Numbered from the stretch's first letter, positions 41,228 to 53,657 are shown. The stretch: 64,000 bases of DNA from Micromonospora sp. NPDC093277 (GCF_044765245.1 NZ_JBIWJO010000006.1:382697-446696), one strand, 5' to 3'. Program-made: numbers and translations. Notes: a model not told the origin generated them from the sequence alone.

Positions 41228-43210
41228 ATGGCAGAGACCGCGACCACGACCGGGCGGCGGACACCGGCCGAGCCGCCAGGCCGGCAACGAGCGGATTCGG
41301 TGCTGCCGGAGCTGCGCGCGATGTCGTGGGAGACCGGGGTTCGCGCCCGGGCGGAGACCGGCCTGTTCGCCGTGTTCGCCGACCTGCCCCGGCTGGTCCT
41401 GGCCGCCCTCGCGGTCAGTTGGCGCGCCGATCGCGTCCGGACGCTGGTGGTGGCGGCGACCACGGTCGGGGCAGGGGTGATGGCGGCGTTCGGGCTCCTC
41501 GCCACCCAGCGGGTGCTGGTGGAGCTCTTCGCGGGCGGACCGACCGCGGACAAGGTGGTCGCGGCACTCCCGGCGCTGGCCGCGCTGGCCGCGGTGACGG
41601 CCGTGCGGGCCGGCATGGCCACCACGATGGGGTATGCGCAGAACGGGCTCACTCCGAAGGTGGACCGGGAGGTCGAGCGCGGCCTGTTCGAGGTGACCAC
41701 CGCGGTGCGGCTGGAGGCGTTCGACGCCGACGCGTTCGCCGACGACATGGAACGCGCCTCCCGCGGCGCGGACTCCACCACCTCGCTGGTGCAGGCGTCG
41801 GTGAACCTGCTCGCCGGGCTGGCCGGGCTGCTCGCCGTGGCCGTCGCCGTCGTGGTCGTCCACCCGTTGCTGCTCGCGGCGCTGCTGGTGGCCACCGTGC
41901 CGAACGCCTGGGCGTCCCTGCGGGCCGGGCACCTGCGTTACCAGACGTATGCGGCCGGCTCGGTACGCCGACGCCGGTTGTGGCTGCTGCACCGGCTGAT
42001 GGCCGAACGGGAATCCGCGCCCGAGTTGCGCTCCTACGGGCTGCGCCGATTCCTGCTCGACCAGCACGACCGGGTGATGGGCGTGGAGACCGGTATCCAG
42101 CTCGCCCTGGCCCGGCGGGTCACCACGACCACCACCGTGGGATCGATGATCGCTGGGGTGGCCACCGCCGTGGTCTACGTACTGCTCGGGCTGCTGCTCG
42201 TCGACGGGCAGATTCCCCTCGCCGCCGCCGCGACCTGTGTCGTCGCGGTGCAGTCCGCCCAACGTTCGCTCTCCGTGGTCACCTTCCAGGTCGACCGCGT
42301 CTACACCGAGGGCCAGCACTTCCGCGACTACACCGGGTTCATAGCCCGCGCCGTCGCCTACCTGCCCGACGAGGCCACCGCCGCGACGGGCGACGCGCCG
42401 GACCAACTGCGTGAACTGGGCGTCGACGCCGTCAGCCTGCGCTACCCCGACCGCGACACCCCGGCCGTCGACCAGGTGACACTGACGATCCAGGCCGGTC
42501 AGACCGTGGCGTTCGTCGGCGAGAACGGCTCCGGCAAGTCGACCCTGGCCGCGATGATCGCCACCCTGCGAACCCCCACCGGGGGAAACATCCGCTGGAA
42601 CGGCCGGCCGCTCTCCGAGTGGGACGTCGACGCGCTACGCGGCCGCATCGCGGTCGTCACGCAGGAATACCACAAGTGGCCTTTCACCGCCGCGACGAAC
42701 ATCGCCGTCGGCGACGTCGGGGCCGACCCGTGTCAGGACCGCATCGAGGCCGCCGCCGCCCGCGCCGTCGCCCACGACATGATCCGCGAGCTGCCGCACG
42801 GGTACGAGACGCTCCTCGACCGCACCTTCGCCAACGGCCAGGACCTCTCCGGCGGACAGTGGCAGCGGATCACCGCTGCCCGTGGCTTCCTCCGCGACGC
42901 CGAACTGCTGATCATGGACGAACCGTCCTCGGCCCTCGATCCCCGCACCGAGGACGCGCTCTTCCAGGCCATCCGTGACCGGCAGGGCCGCGCCACGACC
43001 ATCCTCATCACCCACCGGCTCGCCAACGTCCGCCACGCCGACCGGATCTACGTCCTGCACCACGGCACCCTGGTCGAGTCCGGCACCCACGACGAACTCA
43101 CGGCCGCCCGCGGACGGTACGCCGAGCTGTTCGCGCTCCAGGCGGCCGGCTACGACACGGCCCGGAGCGCGGCCACCCCGCCGGTGCCGCACCAGTCCAC
43201 CGCCGCCTGA
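41228..43210 (+). CDS. ABC exporter, fused permease/ATP-binding protein
   Basis: Six-TM region. Walker A GENGSGKST. Signature LSGGQWQRI. Walker B LLIMDEPSSALD. Confidence 0.8.
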   Translation: MAETATTTGRRTPAEPPGRQRADSVLPELRAMSWETGVRARAETGLFAVFADLPRLVLAALAVSWRADRVRTLVVAATTVGAGVMAAFGLLATQRVLVELFAGGPTADKVVAALPALAALAAVTAVRAGMATTMGYAQNGLTPKVDREVERGLFEVTTAVRLEAFDADAFADDMERASRGADSTTSLVQASVNLLAGLAGLLAVAVAVVVVHPLLLAALLVATVPNAWASLRAGHLRYQTYAAGSVRRRRLWLLHRLMAERESAPELRSYGLRRFLLDQHDRVMGVETGIQLALARRVTTTTTVGSMIAGVATAVVYVLLGLLLVDGQIPLAAAATCVVAVQSAQRSLSVVTFQVDRVYTEGQHFRDYTGFIARAVAYLPDEATAATGDAPDQLRELGVDAVSLRYPDRDTPAVDQVTLTIQAGQTVAFVGENGSGKSTLAAMIATLRTPTGGNIRWNGRPLSEWDVDALRGRIAVVTQEYHKWPFTAATNIAVGDVGADPCQDRIEAAAARAVAHDMIRELPHGYETLLDRTFANGQDLSGGQWQRITAARGFLRDAELLIMDEPSSALDPRTEDALFQAIRDRQGRATTILITHRLANVRHADRIYVLHHGTLVESGTHDELTAARGRYAELFALQAAGYDTARSAATPPVPHQSTAA

Positions 43211-43236
43211 CGGACACCCACGCCGATCCACATCAG

Positions 43237-44622
43237 ATGGTCGACCCACCCGATCATGTCGGTGGGTCGGCCTACCTTGCCGGCGTGACCGCGACTCAGA
43301 CCTACCGGTATCTCGCCTCCTCCGCCCTGGGGGACGGCTCCCTCGCACTGCAGACCAGCGGCGGCCCCGCCCCGAACCCCCGCTTCTTCCGTGGCTTCCT
43401 CACCACTCCCCAGGCGGCGGCCGTCGGCCTGCTGGCCGTCGCCGAGGTCGCCCGCACCCGGTACCACCGGCCGGTCAGCCCGGCCAGCCTCGACCCGGTC
43501 GTCACCGGCAGTCGGGACCGGCTCCGCTTCGAGTCGTTCTCCGGCTGCTGCGGGGTGTACGCGCGCCTCGACGCCCTGCCCGACGGCCTCGACGGCGACG
43601 TGGTGGAGCACGGCACCACCAACGTCGACGTCAACAACCCGCTGCGTGAGGCGCTGTCCCGGGTCGCCGGGCTGGACCCGCTGCACCTGTCGGTCGGCCC
43701 GGACGACCTGACCGTGTCCACCCTGGACGGCGCCGTGGTGGAGAAGAAGGTGCCGCTGCCGACGCGCTGGCTGCGCGGTTTCGCCGAGGTGCAGGTGCTG
43801 GCCGCCCGGTTCGAGCCCCGGGCGGAGATCCCGGCGGCCGAGGCGGCGGCGTTCCTGCGCCGACTGCCCACCACCGCGGACCGGTCGGTGCTCTGGGTGG
43901 TGCCGGCGGGACGCACGCTGCGACTGACCTCCCGGCCCGTGCCCGGGGCGGTCTGCCTGGCCGGGGCGAGCCGGCTGGTCGCCCTGCGCCCGATGCTGCG
44001 GTTCGCCCGGACCCTGCGGGTCTACGGGCCGACCGTGACGGCCGGCTCGGCGCCGCTGCCCAGCACGTGGGAGCTGGACACCGGGGCGTTGCGGCTGTCG
44101 CTCACCCTCTCCCCCGAGCCGTACCGGGGGTTCTCCGGCGAGGGTGCGGCGCTGACCGCGCTGGCCGGCGACGACGTGGTCGACGACGCCGACCTGATCT
44201 CCGCCCTGCTCTCCTGGGACCCGACGGTCGACGTGGACCGGCTGGCGGAGCAGGCCGGCATCGACGGCGACCGGGTCCGGGGCGCCCTGGCGCAGCTCGG
44301 CACCGCCGGCCGGGTCGGCTACGACGTCGCCGAGGCGGCGTACTTCCACCGGGTGATGCCGTACGACGCGGGCCGGGCCGAGCGGGACAATCCGCGCCTG
44401 GTCGGCGCGCGGGCGCTGCTCGACGCCGGGGCGGTGGAGGCGGACGGGACGGCCGCCACCGTCCGCAGCGGCGACCACGTCTACCGGGTTCGGCAGCTCC
44501 CGGACGGTGGCCTCACCTGCACCTGCCCCTGGTGGGCGAAGCACCGGGGGCAACGGGGGCCGTGCCGGCACGCCCTCGCCACCCGGATGCTGCTCACCGA
44601 CCGGGTCGAGGTGTCGGCGTGA
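43237..44622 (+). CDS. SWIM zinc-finger family protein
   Basis: C-terminal CxC...CxH (CTCPWWAKHRGQRGPCRHALA). Start uncertain (alternative GTG about 43285) because a hairpin at 43240-43270 may be the upstream terminator. Confidence 0.65.
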   Translation: MVDPPDHVGGSAYLAGVTATQTYRYLASSALGDGSLALQTSGGPAPNPRFFRGFLTTPQAAAVGLLAVAEVARTRYHRPVSPASLDPVVTGSRDRLRFESFSGCCGVYARLDALPDGLDGDVVEHGTTNVDVNNPLREALSRVAGLDPLHLSVGPDDLTVSTLDGAVVEKKVPLPTRWLRGFAEVQVLAARFEPRAEIPAAEAAAFLRRLPTTADRSVLWVVPAGRTLRLTSRPVPGAVCLAGASRLVALRPMLRFARTLRVYGPTVTAGSAPLPSTWELDTGALRLSLTLSPEPYRGFSGEGAALTALAGDDVVDDADLISALLSWDPTVDVDRLAEQAGIDGDRVRGALAQLGTAGRVGYDVAEAAYFHRVMPYDAGRAERDNPRLVGARALLDAGAVEADGTAATVRSGDHVYRVRQLPDGGLTCTCPWWAKHRGQRGPCRHALATRMLLTDRVEVSA

Positions 44623-47273
44623 GGCGCGTGGATCAGCAACTGTTCGTCAAGAGCACCGAGCGCCGGCGGCGGGAGCTGGCGGCGGGCGGCACCAGCGACC
44701 TGTTCGAACTGGTGAAGGCGGGCTCGGCCGGGCTTGTCGCGGCGGCGCTGGAGGGGCTGCCCGAGCCGCGCCGCCGGGAGATCGGCGTAGCGTTGACCGA
44801 CTGGTTCCGGCAGCAGGACCGGACCAGCTGGTGGACGACGGGCGAGAGCACGGCCCTGGCGGTCGCCGTGGTCGGCTGCCTGCCGACCGCCGCCCAGGCC
44901 GCCGCGATCCTCGGCCGTGCCTCGGTCAACCCGGACGGCAAGCGGGCGGCGATGCTGGTGTCGGACGTCGCCGCGGAGCGCGGCGTCACCTGGCTCGGCG
45001 ACCTGGGCCACCGGCTGGGCGCGAGGCTCGGCCGGCAGGCGTCGATCGAGCGCTGGCGCTTCGTCGCCGCGCTGCTGCGCACCGCCGGGGCGCAACCGCC
45101 GGCCGACGACGCGTTCGTACAGCTCTGGCTCTCCTCGGTGGCGTTCCCGGACCACCGCAACTCGCGGCCCGTGCCGCTGGTCGACCGGCTGCGGGCGGAC
45201 CCGTTCCGGGCGGTCATGCTGCCCCGGCTGTTCGAGGTGGACGGCCTCGGCACGACCATGATGTTCGACGAGGTCGTCACCACCTGGGAGGAACGGCGGC
45301 GGCACGCCCTGCCGGCCGCGCTGGCGCAGCTGTCCACCGAGGGCGTGCTCGACCGGGCGACGCTGATCGACCGGTCGATCGGCCGGCTGCTGCGGGGCGA
45401 CCGGCCCGCCGCGCTCCGCGCCTTCACCGTCCTGCTCGACCTGCTCCGACCCACCACCGGCGAGGTCGGCGCGCGCACCACCGACTACCTGCGCCTGCTC
45501 ACCGACGCGCCGGCGCCGGTCGCCACGATGGCCCAGAAGGCGCTGCGGGAGCTGCCCGACCTGGCCCTGGAGTCGATCCTCGACGCCTCCCGCGAGGTGC
45601 TGTACCGGCCGGACAAGGCCCTGGTGAAGGCGCAACTCACCTGGCTGGACCGGCTGGCCCGGCAGCACCGGGACCGGGCGGCGGAGATCGCCGAGGTGAT
45701 CGCGGTCGCCGGCACGCACCCCGCCGTCGAGCTGCGGGACCGCGCGGCTGCCGTGGCCGCCCGGCACGGCCTCGATCTGTCGGCGGCGGATCCCGGCCCG
45801 GCGGTGGCCGCGCCACGCGGTGACGACCTCCCGGTGCCCGCGCCGGCCGCGCCGGCACCGGCTCCGATCACCGACGTGGACGAGCTGGCGGAGGAGGTCG
45901 CGGCCCTGCTGGGTACGCCGTCGCAGGGCACGCCGCTGGACCGCGTCCTCGACGGGTTGGTCCGGCTCACCGCGGCCGACGCCGTCCGGGTGCGCGCCGC
46001 CCTGGCACCGGTCATCGAGCGCCGACACTGGTCGTGGGGCGACGAACACCACTGGGAACCGCTGTGCCTCTGCGGCGTGGTGATGGACGTGCTCAAGACG
46101 GCCGGCACCGACCACCATCCCCGGCGGCGCCGCCGGTGGGAGTCGCTGCTCGCCGCCCTCCGTCGCAGCGACCGGACCGAGTCGACCCTGGTCACCACCG
46201 ATCCCCGGGTGCCTCCGGTGCACCGGCTGCTGCGGGCCCGGCTCGCCGAGATCGGCGTGCACATCGGTGAGCCCGGCAGTCCCGGCCTGCTCGCCACCCC
46301 GACGTCGGCCAACGGCCTGCTCGACCCGTTGGCGCTGCTGGAACGGCTGGCCGCCCTGGGCGACCGGACGCCCTGGTCCTGGGACCTCACCCAGGCCCTG
46401 CTGCGGCTGCCCGCCGAGCCCGACGACGCGGTCGCCGACAAGGCTGCCGCGCTGGGCACGCCGGCCGGGGACCGGCTCGCCGGGTGGCTGCGCGGTGGCG
46501 GGCTGCCGCAGCCGGTGGCGCGGGCCACCACGGTCACCCGGCGGGCTCGCAAATCGGGATACGACTGGGAGTACGAGCTGCTCGCGGAGCGGCGACTGCT
46601 GGTCGAGCTGCGCCCGCCCGACGGGTACGACGACGCGATCGGGCTGCTCACCGGAGACCCGGCACCGATCGGCGTCGAGCACGGCGGCTGGCTCAACCTG
46701 TGGCCGTCGGCGCTGCCCGGGCACCGCGGTGTCGTGGCCGCGTCCGTCCTGCCGGCGGTGGCCGCGAGCGCGGACATGGACGAGAAGGGTGGCGCAGCCG
46801 TGCTGCCGCTGCTGGCCGAGTGCGCCGGGCCGGGCGGGGTGGCGCTGGACCTGGCCGTGGCGTACGGGCTCGGCGCCCGGCACGGCGCGGACCGGGTGGC
46901 CGCCGTGGACGCCCTGCTCACGCTGGCCGGGGCCGGGCAGTTCGACCCGACCGGCACGGGCCGGCGGCTCGGGGAGCTGGTCACCGGGGGGACGGTGAAG
47001 CCGACCCGGTTGGGCGAGCCGTTGCGCGACGCCGCCCTGGCCGGGGCGCCGCTGACCGTGTGGCGGCTGCTGGCCGCCGCGCTGCCCGCGCTGCTCGCCG
47101 CGCCCGGCCCGGTGCGCGGCCTGCCCGACCTGCTGACCCTGGCCAGCGAGACGGCGACCGCCACCGGCGTGCGGATCGAGGTGCCCGGCCTGGCCGACGT
47201 CGCCGAGCGCGGTGGGTCGGGCCGGCTGGTCACCGAGGCCCGCCGGCTGCACCGTGCGCTCGCCGCGGCCTGA
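44619..47273 (+). CDS. large helical hypothetical protein genetically coupled to the SWIM protein
   Basis: GTG start overlaps the SWIM stop (GTGA). About 884 aa, Ala/Leu-rich and alpha-helical. No catalytic motif recognised. Confidence 0.6.
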   Translation: MRRVDQQLFVKSTERRRRELAAGGTSDLFELVKAGSAGLVAAALEGLPEPRRREIGVALTDWFRQQDRTSWWTTGESTALAVAVVGCLPTAAQAAAILGRASVNPDGKRAAMLVSDVAAERGVTWLGDLGHRLGARLGRQASIERWRFVAALLRTAGAQPPADDAFVQLWLSSVAFPDHRNSRPVPLVDRLRADPFRAVMLPRLFEVDGLGTTMMFDEVVTTWEERRRHALPAALAQLSTEGVLDRATLIDRSIGRLLRGDRPAALRAFTVLLDLLRPTTGEVGARTTDYLRLLTDAPAPVATMAQKALRELPDLALESILDASREVLYRPDKALVKAQLTWLDRLARQHRDRAAEIAEVIAVAGTHPAVELRDRAAAVAARHGLDLSAADPGPAVAAPRGDDLPVPAPAAPAPAPITDVDELAEEVAALLGTPSQGTPLDRVLDGLVRLTAADAVRVRAALAPVIERRHWSWGDEHHWEPLCLCGVVMDVLKTAGTDHHPRRRRRWESLLAALRRSDRTESTLVTTDPRVPPVHRLLRARLAEIGVHIGEPGSPGLLATPTSANGLLDPLALLERLAALGDRTPWSWDLTQALLRLPAEPDDAVADKAAALGTPAGDRLAGWLRGGGLPQPVARATTVTRRARKSGYDWEYELLAERRLLVELRPPDGYDDAIGLLTGDPAPIGVEHGGWLNLWPSALPGHRGVVAASVLPAVAASADMDEKGGAAVLPLLAECAGPGGVALDLAVAYGLGARHGADRVAAVDALLTLAGAGQFDPTGTGRRLGELVTGGTVKPTRLGEPLRDAALAGAPLTVWRLLAAALPALLAAPGPVRGLPDLLTLASETATATGVRIEVPGLADVAERGGSGRLVTEARRLHRALAAA

Positions 47274-47344
47274 GCCGGCCGGACGCGGCACGGGCGGGGT
47301 GCGGGAGTTGTTGCTCGCCGCACCCCGCCCGGTCGCCTGCCGGC

Positions 47345-48436
47345 TCAGCGGTTCAACACATACGCCAGCACTATCGCCGCGACCAGTGCCAGCGCGGCCA
47401 GCACCGCGGCCGTGATCTTGGCGGCGCTGTACGGGCGTTCGCCGATGACCTCGCCGGTCCGAGCGTTGACCAGGATCTGGTACGAGCGGCCGGCGTGCAG
47501 GTACGCGGCGATCCACACCGGCAGCAGGAGCAGTTTGTAGGTCACGTCCGAGTAGCTGGTGTCCACGGAGTTGACCCGCTGCTCGTCGCCGCCGATGTCC
47601 GACCGGCAGTCCCGCTCGATGACCGGCGCCATCCGCGCCTTCGCCTCGGCCAGCCCCGCCTCGGGCTCGGTGTCGTACCGCAGCGCGTGATACCCCGCCA
47701 GGTAGTCCCCGTGGTAGGCGATCGCCTCGGCCAGCGGCCACGGGGTCAGCTGGTCCAGCTTCTTCTCCGGCACGCGGGTCGTCGCGGGCACCAGCACGTC
47801 GTCGAATTCCCGGCGGACGGTGCCGCTCGCCGGGTACCACCGGGTGTGCCGCACCTGCCGGGTACGCGTCTCCTGCTTGCCGTCCACCGTCACCGTGTAC
47901 GTCTCGGTGGTGTAGTAGTACTCGCCGCGCTGGCCCCGGTAGTCCGAGACGGTCCGCGCGTCGAACGTCCAGTGCGGCAGGTAGGTGCCCTTGAGCGTCT
48001 CCGCCTCGCTGACCTTCTTCAGGCTGTTCGGCGCGAACCAGCGGCTGCGGCACCACCCGCCCAGGGCGGTGCGCACGCCCGCCTGGTCCACCGCGAACGG
48101 CAGCACCGCCTCCGGCGCGATCAGCTCGACCGCCGCGGCGTCCGACACCAGCGGCGTGGCGCAGAACTGGCAGCGCTGGGCGAGCGCGTCGCTCTCGGTC
48201 CGGGCGCCGCAGCCCGGGCAGACGAACGTGTACGCGCCGACGCTGGCCGCCGGCTTGTGCGGCAGCGTGGCCAGCTCGGCGTACGGGTGCTCGCGCACCT
48301 CCCGGCCGGCGCCGGCGATCTCCTGCCGGTGCCCGCAGTACGGGCAGCGCAGCACCGCCGTGCCCGGTGCGTACTCCACCCGGGCACCGCAGCCCCCGCA
48401 CTGGTACGACGGCGGGGAGACGGCTGTGTCGCTCAT
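47345..48436 (-). CDS. double zinc-ribbon protein with C-terminal TM anchor
   Basis: ATG 48436 after GGGAGGG. Two CxxC...CxxC pairs (CGGCGARVEY..CPYCGH, CPGCGAR..CQFC). C-terminal TM (ITAAVLAALALVAAIVLAYVL). Confidence 0.6.
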   Translation of the reverse strand: MSDTAVSPPSYQCGGCGARVEYAPGTAVLRCPYCGHRQEIAGAGREVREHPYAELATLPHKPAASVGAYTFVCPGCGARTESDALAQRCQFCATPLVSDAAAVELIAPEAVLPFAVDQAGVRTALGGWCRSRWFAPNSLKKVSEAETLKGTYLPHWTFDARTVSDYRGQRGEYYYTTETYTVTVDGKQETRTRQVRHTRWYPASGTVRREFDDVLVPATTRVPEKKLDQLTPWPLAEAIAYHGDYLAGYHALRYDTEPEAGLAEAKARMAPVIERDCRSDIGGDEQRVNSVDTSYSDVTYKLLLLPVWIAAYLHAGRSYQILVNARTGEVIGERPYSAAKITAAVLAALALVAAIVLAYVLNR

Positions 48437-48467
48437 CGGGGCACCCTCCCGCTCCCGTGCTGAGCGC

Positions 48468-49577
48468 TCATTGCGGCGGCAGCGGCGGTGGGACGCTGGC
48501 CAGCACCGACGCCAGCTCCGGCACCTGCGAAGCCGGCTGCCACTGCGTCATGCCGGACCGCCAGACCAGCGTTTCCGGGCCCAGGGTGCCCGCGCCCACC
48601 TGCTCGGCCAGCCCACCGAGGTCGAACGGGCCCTGTCGCTGCCCGCCGACACCCACGTACCACTGCGTCTGGTTCGGCAGCGGCGGCGGCTCGGCGGCGC
48701 CCGGCGGCACGGGGGCGGGCTGGGTCCCCGCACCCGCCATGGCCCTGGCCACCTGCTGGCCCGCGGCCATGCCCATGCCCAGCCCGATGCCGGTGCCCGC
48801 GCCGCCGCCGGGGTTCTTCGCCGCCTCCTCCAGTGCGGTGGCCGCCTGGTAGCGGGTGAACCGGTCCAGGTCGCCGACCGCGCCCATGCTGGTCCGCTTG
48901 TCCAGCGCCTGCTCCACCTCCGGCGGCACGGAGACGTTCTCGATCACGAACTTGGGGATCGCGATGCCGACCTCGGCCAGTTCCTCGGTCAGCACGGCGG
49001 CCAGCCGCCGGCCGATCGCGTCCTGGTGCGCGGCCAGGTCCAGCAGCGGCACCCCCGCGGTGGCCAGCGCCCCGCCGAGTCGCCCCACGATGAGCTGGCG
49101 CAGGTATTCCTGCACCTCCTCGGTGCGGAACTGCGGATCCGTGCCGACCAGCTCCCGCAGGAGCTTCTGCGCGTCGACCACCCGCGCCGCGTACGCGCCG
49201 AACGCCCGGACCCGGACCACGCCGAACTCGGCGTCCCGCAGGATCACCGGGTTCTGGGTGCCCCACTTCATGTCGGTGAACTGCCGGGTGTTGACGAAGT
49301 ACACCTCGGCCTTGAACGGCGAGTTGAAGCCGTACTTCCAGCCCTTGAGGGTGGAGAGGACCGGCAGGTTCCGGGTCTCCAGCGTGTAGGTGCCGGGGGC
49401 GAACGCGTCGGCGATCTGCCCCTCGTTGACGAACACCGCCGTCTGGGACTCGCGGACGACCAGCTGGGCGCCCATCTTGATCTCGTTCTGGTACCGGGGG
49501 AAGCGCCAGACGATCGTGTCCCGGCTGTCGTCCAGCCACTCCACGATGTCGACGAACTCGCCCCGGAGCTTGTCCAT
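48468..49577 (-). CDS. SPFH/band-7 domain protein with C-terminal DUF4339 (GYF-like) domain
   Basis: ATG 49577. SPFH core. C-terminal motif WYVGVGGQRQGPFDLGGL...WRSGMTQWQPASQVPEL. Confidence 0.7.
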   Translation of the reverse strand: MDKLRGEFVDIVEWLDDSRDTIVWRFPRYQNEIKMGAQLVVRESQTAVFVNEGQIADAFAPGTYTLETRNLPVLSTLKGWKYGFNSPFKAEVYFVNTRQFTDMKWGTQNPVILRDAEFGVVRVRAFGAYAARVVDAQKLLRELVGTDPQFRTEEVQEYLRQLIVGRLGGALATAGVPLLDLAAHQDAIGRRLAAVLTEELAEVGIAIPKFVIENVSVPPEVEQALDKRTSMGAVGDLDRFTRYQAATALEEAAKNPGGGAGTGIGLGMGMAAGQQVARAMAGAGTQPAPVPPGAAEPPPLPNQTQWYVGVGGQRQGPFDLGGLAEQVGAGTLGPETLVWRSGMTQWQPASQVPELASVLASVPPPLPPQ

Positions 49578-49732
49578 CAGCCCCACCGCGTCCCCCTCCC
49601 CTTCGCCGCCGAGCTCATCGGCGTCGGGGCGACGATAACAAGGCCTCACAAGCCCCGGCGGCATCGGTGACGCGGCCCCGCCGGGACGCGGGTACGCGGA
49701 CTGCGGCCCGCGTACCCGCAGGTCACGGCCGG

Positions 49733-50189
49733 TCAGCCGCAGTTGCCCCAGCTGGTCCTGCCATTGGCCTGCCACATCGTGAAGTTCATGACCTCGCCCT
49801 CGTACATGACGCAGGCGCCCCGCGCGGGCCGCTGGATCGCGGCGTAGTACTTGTAGTTGTCCGAGTCGGTGACCCAGGAACTACCCTGGACCCGCAGCCT
49901 GGCGGAGACTCCGGTCGCCGATCCGACGGCCACCGCCTTGAGGGTGGTGACGCAGTTGTAGCCGGTCGCGCTGTTGTACATCAGGTAGACGTCGCCCACC
50001 TTGCTGCCACTGTCGGTGATCGTCCGGTGACCGTCGGAGACCTGGCTCCACGAGCCTCCGAAGTCGTTGCTGCAGGCTTGCGCCGCGGTGTACGGGTTTG
50101 TCGCGGCGTGGGCCGGCGACGCGAACGTCACCACCGCGACAGCTACCGCGAGAACCGAGGTCGACAGTCGTCGCGCCAGGGTATGCACA
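49733..50189 (-). CDS. small secreted Cys-containing hypothetical protein
   Basis: GTG at 50189 after GGAGG. Signal peptide (LSTSVLAVAVAVVTFASPAHA). Four Cys. Confidence 0.5.
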
Positions 50190-50307
50190 GAATCCTCCAA
50201 AGCTCCGGCACGGACATGGTGTCCCGCGCCTTGATCCACATCGGATGATCAACAGTACACAGTGGGGCAACTCGGCCATCGACAGCAGCCGGCGGATCGC
50301 CGGGGAC

Positions 50308-51132
50308 TCAGTCGGTGGGGGTGACGTCGGTGGCCGTGAGCAGCAGACGCAGCCCGGTGAGCGTGGCCAGCAGCGGATCCGCGGGCACCGTGACGGACCG
50401 GCCGGTCAACGCGGCCAGGCGCGCGGCGGTTCCGGGCGACGCCGCGCCGCCACCGGTGATCAGGAGACGTCGCCGCCGCGCACTGGCGTCGTGGACACTC
50501 ATGCGCCGCACGCAACGGGCGATCGCCGGGATCTGGTCGACGGGATCCGCCCCTTCGACACGTTCGGCGGCGGCGACGCTCCGGTCGACTATGCGGGCGA
50601 CCTCGGTGCGGCCGAAGCCGATGTCGACCGTGACCAGATCGTCGTGTCCCGGATCGGGCCGGCAGGCCAGCGCGGCGGCCAACGGCTCCTCCACCGCGCT
50701 GACGCGTCCGCCCGTGGCCCGACGGACTGCGGCGACCAGCACGTTCTTCTGCCGCATCGTCGCCGTCGCGGGCACACCGACGAGCACCGGACAACCGGTG
50801 TCGTACGGGTGCCCGATGTCGGTCAGCAGGATCCGCAACAGCTGCACGCAGGCGACGAGGTCGCGCACCACTCCGTCACGTACCGGCCAGATCAGCGTCA
50901 CGCCCTCGGTGGCCTGCGCGTCGAGCGCGGCCCGCCCCACGGCATGCCGGCCGCCGGGGCGTCGGGCGATGACGGCGGGCTCGCTGACCACCGCGCCGGT
51001 CACCGACGTCCACAGCCGGACCGTCGAGGTGCCCAGGTCCAGGGCGAGGCAGTGCCCCATGCCGGGACGGGCGTACGCGCCGGCAGCCAGCACGCTCACC
51101 ACCCCCGCTCCGGCACGGACCGGGTGCGACAT
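50308..51132 (-). CDS. compact MreB-like actin-family ATPase
   Basis: Phosphate-1 (LALDLGTSTVRLW). Connect and adenosine motifs (LVTVDIGFGRTEVA, LLITGGGAASPG). About 250-274 aa, shorter than canonical MreB. Start (51132 vs 51060) uncertain. Confidence 0.6.
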   Translation of the reverse strand: MSHPVRAGAGVVSVLAAGAYARPGMGHCLALDLGTSTVRLWTSVTGAVVSEPAVIARRPGGRHAVGRAALDAQATEGVTLIWPVRDGVVRDLVACVQLLRILLTDIGHPYDTGCPVLVGVPATATMRQKNVLVAAVRRATGGRVSAVEEPLAAALACRPDPGHDDLVTVDIGFGRTEVARIVDRSVAAAERVEGADPVDQIPAIARCVRRMSVHDASARRRRLLITGGGAASPGTAARLAALTGRSVTVPADPLLATLTGLRLLLTATDVTPTD

Positions 51133-51279
51133 GTCATCGGCGCCAGCATCGGCAGCGGGCCTCGCTCGACGAGGTTGTGGATGCTGTGCCCGTCACGCAT
51201 GCCGGACACCATAGCCCGACCCCGATCGGGACGGCTCCGTGGTCACTTGTCGCGGTGAGCATACCGATCGCGACGACGA

Positions 51280-53595
<2,316 letters not shown>

Positions 53596-53602
53596 CGCCG
53601 AA

Positions 53603-53632
53603 GGCCCCGGTCAGCGCGAACTGACCGGGGCC
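53603..53632 (+). terminator. perfect hairpin ggccccggtcag/ctgaccggggcc after katG
   Basis: 12-bp perfect stem with a 6-nt loop, 8 nt after the stop. Confidence 0.5.
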
Positions 53633-53657
53633 CGAGGCACCTCCGTACGCTGTAGCG

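Noticed and set aside
43240-43270. Hairpin inside the annotated 5' end of the SWIM ORF
   Set aside because: More likely the terminator of the upstream ABC exporter. This suggests the SWIM gene actually starts at the GTG near 43285 rather than being a separate feature.
44481-48401. 1306-aa minus-strand ORF
   Set aside because: Antisense to the SWIM-partner gene and runs through the Zn-ribbon gene in another frame. Low complexity.
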